From positions 40,372,304 to 40,436,303 of the forward strand of contig NC_092671.1 of the NCBI RefSeq assembly GCF_964355755.1: 64,000 bases of DNA, given 5' to 3'. This stretch comes from Antedon mediterranea. Taxonomy: Eukaryota; Animalia; Echinodermata. Shown here in pieces: positions 27,791 to 40,351 of the stretch. The notes beneath the pieces were generated by a model, which did not search any database, was not told the DNA's origin, and was given only the letters and a program-made list of their open reading frames with translations. Position numbers and translations under genes: made by a program. How positions within the stretch are numbered: position 1 is the stretch's first letter; every line of letters starts with the position of its first letter.

Positions 27791-28146
27791 ATGTGAAGTA
27801 GGTAGGAAATGTGAATATAGGCCTAGTATAACATTTTTTTTAAACATATTTTTTTGTATTGTACTTTGTTCCAGTCTCTGGCCTATTGTACTTCTGGCCT
27901 ATTGTACTTTTGTCCTATTGTACTTTTGTCCTATTGTACTTTTGTCCTATTCATTGTATGGTATTATCACCAATTCACTGAGACCTCCTAGTTAATTTCC
28001 CTCATGGAAGATTCAGGAGGAAACAAACCAAGTACCAAGTACATCATGTATATTTTATATGCAAAATGACAATAAATAAAAACAAATAATTTTCAACTGA
28101 TGAATAAAATACATAAAAAAAAATTGATAATTATTATTTATATTAA

Positions 28147-28402
28147 AGACACCTTCCCTACGTTTTTTAGATCTATTTTAAGATCACAAACTATATTTAA
28201 TAGTTAGGCTAGGCCTATAAAGACCGTCCACGAGAGGTCAGTCGCCGTGAGCTACTTAGGTAGTGCATTGTTTCTCACTTTTTACCATAATTTACCATAA
28301 AACGTACATTTAAGACAAGGAATGACCTGGTTTAATGTTTTTAAAGTAATATATATGTATTATTTTTACAAATAAATGTCACAAATTGTAGGGAAGGTGT
28401 CT
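28147..28402. mobile_element. Kolobok-like non-autonomous element
   Basis: TIR agacaccttccctac / gtagggaaggtgtct with TTAA on both sides; a partial relative lies at ~33040-33125. Confidence 0.75.
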
Positions 28403-28783
28403 TTAATTATTGTAAAGTAAATGACAATGTAGAGAGGTACTACAGTACTGTAGAAAAACATCTTTTTTTGGCATGTTAAATTTAAATGAGTATTTCAAAC
28501 TTTACTTTAGAATAAACTTATATTATATTTACATAGTAGGCCTAGCCTAGCTAGGCTATATAAAATAACTACAAAATTCACCAAAATGTGATGACAATAA
28601 GACAAACGAATAACATAAAATAGTACGACTGTTACAACCACGTGCTTAGCCGAAAACCACAAAATCACTCCGGAGGAGACAAAAGGCCATCTAACTACTG
28701 TACCATATGTAAGCTTGGCCTAGGCTAGCTTAGTTTTACCACACACACATAGCCTAGCTAGAGGAAAGAAATAGACTCACTCA

Positions 28784-29110
28784 CCAGAGCTCTAACTGCC
28801 TTTTTCTGAGGAGATTTTCCATCATGGATGTGAATTGAAAAATTTCCCGAATCTGGACTACCTTGTACGTAAGATGTATCCATCGTTATCTGATGTAAAT
28901 ACGAGAAATATGTAAAGAAATACGAACTCCACGCCGTGTGTTGTTGTATCGCAGTTTCACTGCTGCTGTTGTATTGGTGTGTCGTGTTGTGGCGGCGGGT
29001 CTATTGTGTAGGAGGAGGCAGGCGGCGATTTTTTTTATGAATGAAAAAGGCGCAATCAGAAACCAACCAATCATAAACCAGTATAAGGACACACCTCCAA
29101 ACAAAGAGCG
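28784..29110 (-). promoter_or_regulatory. Putative promoter and first exon (target gene uncertain, possibly CNT-B)
   Basis: CpG-rich patch, CCAAT-type boxes at ~29052-29072, donor CTG|gtgagt at ~28784, TAGGCCTA tract downstream. Confidence 0.45.
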
Positions 29111-32094
29111 CCAATTTTAAGAAAACAAAGCTGGCAGATGCACAAAAACCGCGAAATGCATCACGGATTACAATTTCGCGCGAAATTTGATGCTTGGGGA
29201 GTCTTTCATTCAACATTAACAAAACCTGAAAGTGAAACAGATACCAAACAATAACCCAGATCTGGCATATGTTATTGTTGTGCTGTTGCAATGACAATGT
29301 ACTTTATCATTATTTTCAAAATTCCATATGAATCAATTATAAATTCATAATTTTATTTGGTAATAATGATTATTTCCATTTTCAACAGTTACAAATATCA
29401 GTGGAGGATCCAGGATTGTAAAATCCCTGAATCCACCTATGAATTAATAATATTGAGGTGAAGATATTAAGATACAAAATAATAATGTCGATGCTTTTAT
29501 TGTAGAACGTAATTTATTTATTTTTCTCTGTTCTGGGTTGACCAACTAGCACCTGTTTGGTCTTTCCGTGCCTCCTTTTATAATTGTTTTGTCTTCTTTG
29601 TTATGTATATGGCAGAAATTGAATAAATTAAAAAAAATAATAATGATAAATGATATTTAATATTAAAGTGGGATTAGACTACTTGCAGTAAAATCATGCT
29701 ATAATACAAACAATAAAAATTAATGATAGTATACAGTAAACATACATTTTCTGAACGAATTTTTTTTGAATGAATTTCCTTTTGGACCAATAAATTTCTG
29801 TATTCTTTACAAACAAAATCGAAAAAGGTTTCATCCTAGAACTGCTTTAGGATAACCATTTATAAAAATGCATATTTATCGTTAATCGTTCTAGTGTAAA
29901 ATATTCAAACCAGTAAGCAGCCAGCTTAGTATTAGATTCGAAATTCAATTCAAAATGGCAAACAGATGTTCAAGTTTTAAAATTCAAAGTGAAAACAACG
30001 TAAGGAAAAAAGTCTGTGCATAAATAGATTTTTTTTTTTAATGAATTAAGGAACCAAAGCATAAAAAAACTTGAATTCGGTTTGGAAATTCCATTGGAAT
30101 TTATGGTTTTGTTTGAACATGAAGGAAATATGGATACATATTTCCTCCATCGTTTGAATTAGGAAATTCCAACTTGGCCGGCTTTTATAGTTCTAAAAAT
30201 AATTAACAAACATTCAAATGAATTACATCCATCTGTACAATGTGTGTACATCCATCTGTACAATGTGTATTACACTAGTATTTACTGCAATAATTATTCG
30301 CAACTCTTTAATTTGGTTTCCTTGAATCCTGAATCAAAATAGAACCAGTATATTATTTCATGGTCAGTCAGTGTCAATGTAGAGTTTAACTACAGCTAAC
30401 TGTAATAGAAAATATACCTGTACTATGTATGTGGTGTAAATATCACTTCAAGGGTGATAGGTATGGAAGGCCAATAAGGACAAATGTCTGAATTTAGGAG
30501 ATACAATATACATCATATTATGCTAATGGAAGTTCAAACAAAGCTATACTGGAATTGTGTATGGGTGTCAGAGACAAATTTTGCAAAAAAAACCATACTG
30601 TTACAATTGAGAACTAAAGAAAACATGGGTGTACTAAACACGTGTATTAATAATAGCACAGTATTTCAACGTTGCTGAATAACATATCACTCACGGTGAG
30701 TGCAAACATTACCATTTTATCTTGTGAACTTTTTTGACATAATCAATTTATGGGGTAATGAAAATAGGTTATGCATCTTAAAAGTAGTGTTTATATGCCT
30801 TCAGGTATGATTAAATTTAGATACTAATGTGTTCAATGCAAGTGGTACCTTGCCTCCAGCAAATCAAGATTCACGTTGATCTTAGAGAATGTTGTCTTAT
30901 GTTATATAATATATACTAGTACTATTCATTGCACTTAATGCTGGTTCACTTTGCAATGTGCAGGGTACAAGAGTGTCCCAGGCCAGTCTAAGTACGTACT
31001 CCTACACCTGCTTGTAGTTACTTACAAGTAATATGAATCTAAATTTCAACTTTCAACTTTGTCTACAAGAACAAAATTATACATTGACAAAAGGTGATCA
31101 GATATAGCGTATATCCTCTGGTATAATACCACCCCCTAGAACACGAAATTGAGCAAACTTTAGGGGTGAGACTTATTTGTGACTTTACCTGGGAAAACCC
31201 TGATTCAGGAACAAAAAAATGATTGGTAGGCGTTTCTTGTAAAAACTCATCTGAACTGGCTAGAGAGGCCTACATCCAGACCAAAAGTTAATTTCAGGGA
31301 CTATAACCAGGGATACGCCGGTTTGTGAAATCAGACATAAAGTAGGAGGTGGGATTAGACCAGAAGTAGTGGGATCATACACAAGGATATGTGTTAGTTA
31401 AAATACTAATCAAATTATTAAGTGTAGTATTCTTATTTAACCAAATCACATGAGAAAATCTATGAGCTGCCCACCAAAAAAAGTTGGAAGTATAATTCCA
31501 TTACGTTGATGCTGTGATAAATAACACTCTCAGCAGCCAATATTGGTTCACTTGGGTGAAGTTAAACAACATTACAAATAGTTTATGAAATTGCATTAAT
31601 TAGTCCCAAGTTGTTTTATTAAACATTATCATTAAATTGTTATTGAATTAACACACTGAGATGTATGGTATCAACTATTATTAAATAATAGTTTTTAAAA
31701 TTATAATTTGATATCGGATGTAGCCCAGGGTTGTAAAAAGCTATCCAGGTGTTGAACGTGTACATCCAGGGGTGTGTGATACGGAACAGCTTAGCTCAGT
31801 TGTGGTTGAAATACAATCAAGTGCCCTAAACAGTAGTGCCTTAAAAAACATATTTTGTTGTTCTTTTCAACATTTGGATTCTCTAACCATGTATGTTGTC
31901 ACATGCATTTCAAATACTTATATTATACCAGCATCTTTAAAATCATCTGTTTGTGCTGGTCATACTTTGATGCGGGTTTTAGTATTTAGACTTGCTTCTT
32001 CACAGACCTTGCTGCGGTCTTCAGTACATACACTTGCTTCTTCACAGACTTTTATATGGTCAAATACATGATACCTAGGCATCATGTTGTGTTT

Positions 32095-32390
32095 GATGTT
32101 CAGTACTTAGACTTGCTTATTCACAGACTTTGATGCGGTCATCAGTACTTAGACATGCTTATTCACAGACTTTGATGCGGTCTTCAGTACTTAGACTTGC
32201 TTCTTCACAGTCTTTAATGCGGTCTTCAGTACTTAGACTTACTTCTTCACAGTCTTTAATGCGGTCTTCAGTACTTGACTTGCTTCTTCACAGTCTTTAA
32301 TGCGGTCTTCAGTACTTAGACTTACTTCTTCACAGACTTTGATGCAGTCTTCAGTACTTAGACTTACTTCTTCACAGACTTTGATGCTGT
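32095..32390. repeat. ~41-bp minisatellite
   Basis: tcagtacttagacttgcttcttcacagactttgatgcggtc units, with degenerate copies from ~31965 to ~32460. Confidence 0.9.
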
Positions 32391-34649
32391 CAAATACATT
32401 GCCTCATGTTGTGTTTAATGTTGATAGACTCACATCTTCACAGACTTTGATGCTGTCTTTACCAATCATATATCTTAGTACAAGACATCTTTTTTCATCA
32501 CCTTTTGCAGTGGTTAACTCAAAAACATGCTTCTCATTCGAAAAACCTACAAAGCAAAATTTACAGAAATTGTTTACAAAAAAATGTTATTTAAATATTA
32601 TCATGCAAATAATGCAAGAATTCAATACATTCATATTCAACTTTGATCAGAACAATTTCTCAAATTTAGTGTGTTCTCAAAAAAAAGTATTTGTCCAGGT
32701 TTCAAAATTGGCAGCCATTGTATTGCAACCCTTGGTATTAGGAAATGTGTGGTATGTTATTATACATAACAGCCTCCCAATGGCATAACATACAATTGAT
32801 TATTCATTATAGCATTTACTAATTCCTTCCTTAATACAAATTGGGAAAAACCTGGGGATTTCCCCAAAAAGTTAAGATTCTTCCATTTTTTTTGGCCTTT
32901 ATGATTGATCGAAAGTTGGTGAATGGCCAGAAAACAAAAATATAAATCATCGCGCAAATGTTGGGATTTATAGTGGGCTGGTTAAATTATCATAATCAAC
33001 TCTTTTTTATACACTTTTAACTTGTTTAAAAATGAAAAAAGCTATTGCAATATAGTATTTATTTTTATATAAAATGTAGTTTGTGACCTTAAATTAGATC
33101 TAAAAACGTAGGGAATGGGACTTTAAGCACATTAAGGCTTAATAGCATAACATGCTGCTATTAGTACATAATCCTCATGCGTGTTACATGTTACACATTT
33201 AACATCCTTTTAAAATAAAATAATATATCTGCAAAATAATCTGCAACCAGACGGATCATTTTTATCATTAGCTCCTATCTATACTGGATCCGCCCCTGAT
33301 CCTAAATTCTTTTACGTTCTTGTACCATCAAAAGGAATCCAATTTAAAATAATGGTTAATTATTTACAAATAACAGAAATAACATTAAAAACTGTAAATA
33401 TACATCAACTACAACCCTCACAACCGCCTCTTCCTATCCACAGACCGGGTCGATTACAGATATAACAAAGCAATTCCGGTACTTTGTATCATTGAATAAA
33501 TTTTGATAGATTTCTTTTAAATTGCTAGATTGGTATCTTTGCAGCGGGATGCTGTTCCAGGAAATTATTAAATTGCATTATTATTTCATATGGGGCAATC
33601 TGATTGGCTGAATCAACTTATCAATTTAGCCATAGCATCATCACTAATCCTTCCTGATCCTGTCATCAATACAATCTTGTTCAAGACATTTTTTTTAAAT
33701 TTTGCTTGATTTTTGTCAATATTGAAAGCAGCTTGAATACCATGTGTACTAATAGAAATGTCCATATGGTAACTAAAGTTTGAATATGTTTTTAGGTACT
33801 ACTTTAATAATTTATTATATAATAATAAAATAATGTACTATTAGTAAAAAGGTTCATCTGGATCACTGTATAGTATTTTAAGTAAATTTCATCCAAAAGA
33901 AAATTTACTTAAAATAATGTACTATTATTACCGTATATGATAACAAAATATAGTCTAAAGAACTGTGACTTTCTATATAAAGAAAAGTCAAACATTATTG
34001 AGACTAGATTAGAATTTATCACCAGGACAAATTAGGTCAACTTTGTGAGATTATTATTAAATTTCTTCAGGCTAATGTCAATACAACAATTTGATGAATT
34101 TTATTATATCATATCATTTATTTTGCCAAACAAAGTACAAAGAAAAAAAAACACATTACAATTTAAGTATTGAATGTTTCTACTTTTGAATTATAAAAGT
34201 AACAGTATATTATCGTTTTGTTTAGGTCATACAAAATGTGTTTTAAAATTATTTTATGTAGACAGCTATTGCATCATATGCTAGATCAAAGCCACACTAG
34301 ATCTCTGGATTAATTTAATGAATGCATCATACAGTATTCTATTCTGATTGGATAATATTAATATCACCATCAATATGACCTTTGTTGATATTGACCTATA
34401 TTCCTATCTTGGAATTGACCTTGACTTTTATAACTAAAATCAGTTAACACATGTTTTAAACAATGTATTCACTCTAAATTATTAATCAAATTGGATATGC
34501 ACCTCTGGTATATCTTATTTAGGAGATTTAGTTTTTTTCTTATAGTTAGTGTATTTTCTAACATTGTGATTTTATATTATTTTCTGAAATACAAAAAATA
34601 AACTACTGTAAAACAAGAGTATATAAAATATAAAGTGTAATAAATTTAC

Positions 34650-37600
34650 CGGATATATGAAAAACTGTAGGTATGAATTGTTGGTAAATATCCAGAATAG
34701 GTGAGTCTGTTGACCCCAAGGTAGAAACTGACGCAGCTAACAAACACTTGATACTGGTGCTAGTTGGCATGCTCAAAGCATTTCTATAATTAACAAGCAT
34801 ATTCCCACCAAAATTAATTTTAGAAACAATGAAAAAAAAATTAAAGGGAATAAAAACATGAAATTGAAGAAGGTTGGCCTTAAGGTAACAAGAGACACCA
34901 AAGGTTTAAGGAAAATGTAAAATCTGTCAGTAAAACAACTGTTCCTGTATTTATCGCTGTATTCTAATAAATAAAAATGATTTATTAGAAAGAATGTCAA
35001 GATCATCGTCCCTGGTTCAGGTTATTTTTTCTGCACAAAACCATTAATTAATTTAAAGTATTTGAATAAATAATTGCATATAATTTAAAACTCTGGTCCC
35101 GAAGTGGTCTTTTACAGAAATAAGTAATTACTGTACTTACAATTTAGACTGAAGAAAACAAATAGCATCTAAAAGGTAAGCACATATCTCGGAAGTGACT
35201 GCAGTTCTGTCAGTAACCTAAAAACAGTTAAAAAATGTAAACAAAATATCATTAAAAATGTCCATGAATTAGGCATATTATAATTTGGGTTTGCAAAATG
35301 GAAAGATGTTGGTGGCAGAGAGATTTTCCCCCTGAGGTCATTTCATTTCATTTATTCGTCTAAAAAAAAAAAGGACAATAAGGGTACAACAATAAAGTAA
35401 CAGAGAAATGGCAAGTAAACTAAATCACTATCAAGACATACAACAATTACAATATAATATTAACAATAATCAAACTGTTTTTTTAAAGATCTTTTATCAA
35501 TCAATCAACTTCAAATTTGGAGAAGTAGTAGTAGTAGAAGTGTTGGAAAAGGGGTATTTCAGGTGAATGATTTTGGTCCTACGGGGGGTCAACACACCAA
35601 CTTAATGCACAATTGAGTGTAATATACCAGTTGTAATAACTGATGATGATTGTACCTGTTCTTGATTTGTATAGTAATCCAATTTGTTGATCAGAATAAC
35701 ATGAGATAACGGTGACTTAGTGTGAAGGGATGACAGATATCTTAACAAAGATGTTCGGTCTTGTAGGTACCTAAAAAAAAAATAATGATCAATAATTTAA
35801 ACAAGATGATACACCGAACATTTATGAAATTTCAAATACATCTGCATTCTTTGGCATTGTGCCTAAATTATTTTTTTTATTATTATAACTACAAATTGTT
35901 TTCTGTTTTTGCAGTCAACAACATCGATAATTTGAAAGACATATTTTCCCAGTCAACAGGTCAGTTTGTTTTCCTGTGAGAATATAACATTCAAGCTACA
36001 ATCACCAGATTATGTGCAAGAATGTATTTTTAGCTAAATAAAAAATTACTTCTGTACATGCACACTGCAAGCACAACACACTAATAATTTACTATTAATA
36101 ATGTGTACAAAATCAAATTGCTATACAATTGGAGCAGCCCAATTATTATTATTTAATCAGGCAAAAAATACATTTCATAAAATATAATACAATCAACAAA
36201 TTAAACAAACATGACGCAAGGAGAAAACATAAAATCATAGTCACTAGCTGGAAAGAAGCCTAAGCCACTGTCACCAATTAGGTGTGTACCTCCAATGAGT
36301 GACTAATTAATACAAATAATATAGAAATTAATAATTAATTGTATTTAACAGAGCTTACATGATATGCACACGTTTCATGACATTATGATCAGGCTGTTTA
36401 GCGCCCTCTATCAGCAATGGCATTGTTTTTAACTTGTATGGTGTAATGAGTGTGACATTTGATCCTTCCATTGAACAACTCAACGCACACTGAAACAGCA
36501 ATGAAGTCTTGCCACTGAAAAAAGGTTGAAATATTTAAATTTAAAGATACAAACTGTAAATTGATACTGTAAACTACTACTATATTCATTTGATATCTGG
36601 ATTTTATAATTTCTTTCAATTCAAATTTATTCAGCAATATAAGTTAACTATTTACATTATTACAGAGATTTTACGGAGACTAGTAATTACTACATGTAAT
36701 TGTCTGTTAGTCGTCGTAAGACCCTTTAATAATTAAAAGGCCTATTTCAACTCTAAATTTGTTAACTAACTTTTTTATTGCAAGTACTGTACAGATTAGA
36801 ATTATAATATAATTATAATATAATATTATAATAAAATAGGCCTAGAGGTCCACCATGGTCCCATATCAGTTTATTAAAATAAAAAGTTAGTCAAAATATT
36901 GGGCGCCCCATTTCCTTTTTTCCGGCGGTTGGTAACAGGCGAAAATCGCCCTCAACTTAGGGCTTTGAATTGAATTGAAGTATATATTTATACTGGGTAA
37001 CCTCTTCAGTCAAAGACTGGTCTCCCAGAGGCCCCAGTTGGTGATCAGTGGCTGTGATGTACTAATACACCGGGGTAACCCCCTACTCGTCTCGAAAGAT
37101 GTACTAGGTTCTTTAAAGTGCACATGTTATGCGCGATTTGAACGATTTGCGCAATTTGAAATTGCGCAAAAAAATCCTTGCGCAATTTGAAATTGCGCAA
37201 AGAATTCTTGCGCAATTTAAAATTGCGCAAGGATTTTTTTGCGCAATTTGAAATTGCGCAATCAACTTGCGCAATTTCAAATTGCGCAAGAAAATCTTTG
37301 CGCAATTTTAAATTGCGCTGCACAATTTGTAAATTGCGCAAGATAGTTCTTGCGCAATATGACACCTTTGCGCAATTTGAAAACGAACTGTAAATTTTCC
37401 CATACATGGCTAGGCTAGGCCTAGGCAGAGGAGTTTAAAATTTAGTATTTTATTATATAAATAAGACCATTTCAATGAAGATAATGTTTAATACTCACTT
37501 TTTAAGTTTTTAATATTAGTTTAAGCTAGGCCATGTAACTTAGTCAGTATCAGTAGTCCAGACCCTAGCTAGGCTAGAGTAGTATAGCCGGCCGCCCGCG

Positions 37601-38544
37601 CCGCGCCCGCCTGGTGGAACACCACCGCTTCGTTTTCCTTCGTCGGTTCTTCGACGGTATGCTAACTTATAACAATATTTGCACTACTAAAATAAGGAAA
37701 TGCGATATTTATGTTTAATTTTGAATCATTCTTAGAAATTACTATAAAATATGGGTGTGCATGATTTCACAATCTGTCGAAAAACCTTGCGCAATTTGCA
37801 GATTACTTGCGCAATTTAATACGTTGCTTGCACAATTTGAAACACATGTTTCAATTCAAATTGCGCAAGGATTTTTTTTGCGCAATTTCAAATTGCGCAA
37901 ATCGTTCAAATCGCGCATAACACACACAAGCTAGATGTGTACACTGGACCTACGGTTTATAGTCCTTATCCGAGAAGACTCGTTCTACCACCAGAACCAT
38001 GGAGTGAGTGAGCCTCGAACCCCTGCCGATGTTATGGCTACGTAATTACGGTTCCACTGTCTTAACCGCTCGGCCACTCACTCACTTAGTTAGCTATAGG
38101 CTAGGCCCTAATGTGCCATTGCCTACGTAGCCAGCCTTTTATTAGTATAGCCTGGCCCATCTAGCTTAGGCCTAGCCTACCTACCTACTAGAGAGTTAGG
38201 ATAGGCCTAGAGGTTAGGCTAGCCTAGCTAGTAGTAGGCCTACTATACTACTAGGCCTAGGCTAGGCCTAGCCTTACTTATTTATAACTCAAGCCTACTA
38301 GCCCTAGCCTAGGCTTAGGCCACCACCAGGGCCTCATCAAGCTCGGTAGGGTAGCTAGAACCTAGGCCCTTACAATCAATTATATCCAAACTTACCTTCC
38401 AGGACTACCAACTAAAAGACATCGATCGCAAGTAATAACATTAGAAATGCTAATATTGTCTTTTTGATTAATTGAATGTGGTATTTCAATAAATCTATCA
38501 ATTTTTGGGCTTTTTGGAAAAACACATTTCAAGAAGTCCGCCAT
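34650..38544 (-). CDS. SWSAP1: SWSAP1-like RAD51-paralogue ATPase (Shu complex); last exon unresolved
   Basis: Exons 38396-38544, 36359-36514, 35656-35770, 35141-35217 and 34650-34783 are phase-compatible. Walker A LLVGSPGS|GKTSLLF is split by intron 1. It continues MKRVHIMYL...LLRYLSSLH...ICAYLLDA, resembling human SWSAP1 (LLLGTPGSGKTALLF...LIALLLDT) as recalled. Confidence 0.8.
36965..38085 (-). mobile_element. tRNA-headed SINE with a Deu/Nin-like central domain, interrupted by an insertion
   Basis: A box tggccgagcgg and B box ggttcgagg; core cggataaggactataaaccgtaggtcc...ttaaagaacc...gagtagggggttaccccggtg; (ttcaa)n tail. Confidence 0.75.
37125..37922. mobile_element. Ginger-like non-autonomous DNA transposon nested in the SINE
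   Basis: TGT...ACA ends, ~65-bp TIR, 4-bp TSD caca (37121-37124 and 37923-37926), many ttgcgcaa palindromes. Confidence 0.75.
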
Positions 38545-39726
38545 AGTGTGAACATTGAGGGGGCTATAAAGATTTCCGAAAGCCGGCCGAAAAAAAGAAG
38601 AAAAAAAGATTGTGACGGTATGAGGCGCTATACATTTTCGAGTGGTACACTTTCTGAACCATCATAAGGCCGCCAAGGCTTAATCAAAATAAATAAGTGA
38701 ATAAATTAATCAACACATATTCAAACATTAACATTTAAAATTGCCTAATATATTATTCTACATATCAAAACATTTTCATCAAATCAGAGTAGCCACAGTT
38801 AACTAAACACTAATTACGGATATCGTAAACAAACTGTCATCCGGAATGACAATACATTATTATACAATTATAATTTATTACAATATGTCTACTCTGTACA
38901 CTAATAAACTTAATAATTATTGCTTATTATAGCACTTAAATCCTGCGTTTTAGAGTTGACAGTGTAAAACCACAATTCCGTGTGGAGGCTTCAATTTAAT
39001 TCAATAATATTATACAATGAACTAATCTTCTATTTTTATATTTATAAACCGTCTCATTATATCTTCAAATACAAATCTAGTTTGAATACATACAACCTAT
39101 CCCCCTAAATACGCCTACACTACTCACGCGCTGTCCGTAGCACTTATGTCCTTTTTCTGTTTGCTGAAGAAAGTTTTGCCCAGGTGCGTTATCGGCGGAT
39201 ACTCTTGAAATCAAGTCCCGTTGTGTGTTTGATTAGTGTTATTATTACTGGTTCATTTTCCTCTCTGTATAACAATTATCCAACCGAGCATCTCATACTC
39301 AATTCTGTATTATTCGGTTTTCTCAAACGCAGATGTGACTAGCAAACTTTAAATTCATTCTATTTCAACATTTTCCTAAATCACTGGTGTTAGTGAATTA
39401 ATGGCTTCCAGAGTCTGGAAATAACGTAATGTAAACTTACACATGTTAACGCGTTCTCATCAAGATAAAATACTACTGTATGTCTTCATAAAAATACAAA
39501 CATTTTGAATGTAGAGCAACTACAATTAAATAAGATACGTACAAATAACGAAAAATGTATAAATCAGTAACGTAACAAATCAGTATAACTGTACATACAA
39601 ATCCTGAAATTATTACATTTCTTGTGAAATCCGTATAGCACTATCCTTCATGTTGGAGACTTGCCAATACCTATTCGATGCACGACTTTTTGTGTAACTT
39701 TTTGATAAATTGATTGATTCACTAAA

Positions 39727-40104
39727 ATTATAGAGGAGACATTCCGCCAATATTTTGTCTTATTATAGAGGAGACATTCAGCCAACATTTGTCTTATTAT
39801 AGAGGAGACATTCAGCCAACATTTTGTCTTATTATAGAGGAGACATTCAGCCAACATTTTGTCTTATTATAGAGGAGACATTCAGCCAATATTTTGTCTT
39901 ATTATAGAGGAGACATTCAGCCAATATTTTGTCTTATTATAGAGGAGACATTCAGCCAACATTTTGTCTTATTATAGAGGAAACATTCAGCCAACATTTT
40001 GTCTTATTATAGAGGAAACATTCAGCCAACATTTTGTCTTATTATAGAGGAGACATTCAGCCAACATTTTGTCTTATTATAGAGGAGACATTCAGCCAAC
40101 ATTT
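39727..40104. repeat. ~31-32-bp minisatellite x12
   Basis: ttatagaggagacattcagccaacattttgtctta. Confidence 0.95.
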
Positions 40105-40351
40105 TTTCTAATTTTTATTGGCACCTGATTTGATTTGTAGGCCTAAATTAAGGCAACTAGCGACACAAAACAGTCAGTTAATACTTGTGTTTATTCAAAT
40201 TGTTCCAGTATAAATTGACACGTTCTCAGTCACGATATTTCACAGAAATTATTTGTCGTGGTGGTGGTTGTTTCAGCATACTCGCCTACACGTCTATGTT
40301 CATTAATGATTCAATTATCGTTAATTCATCAATAGATTACAACAAATTGCA

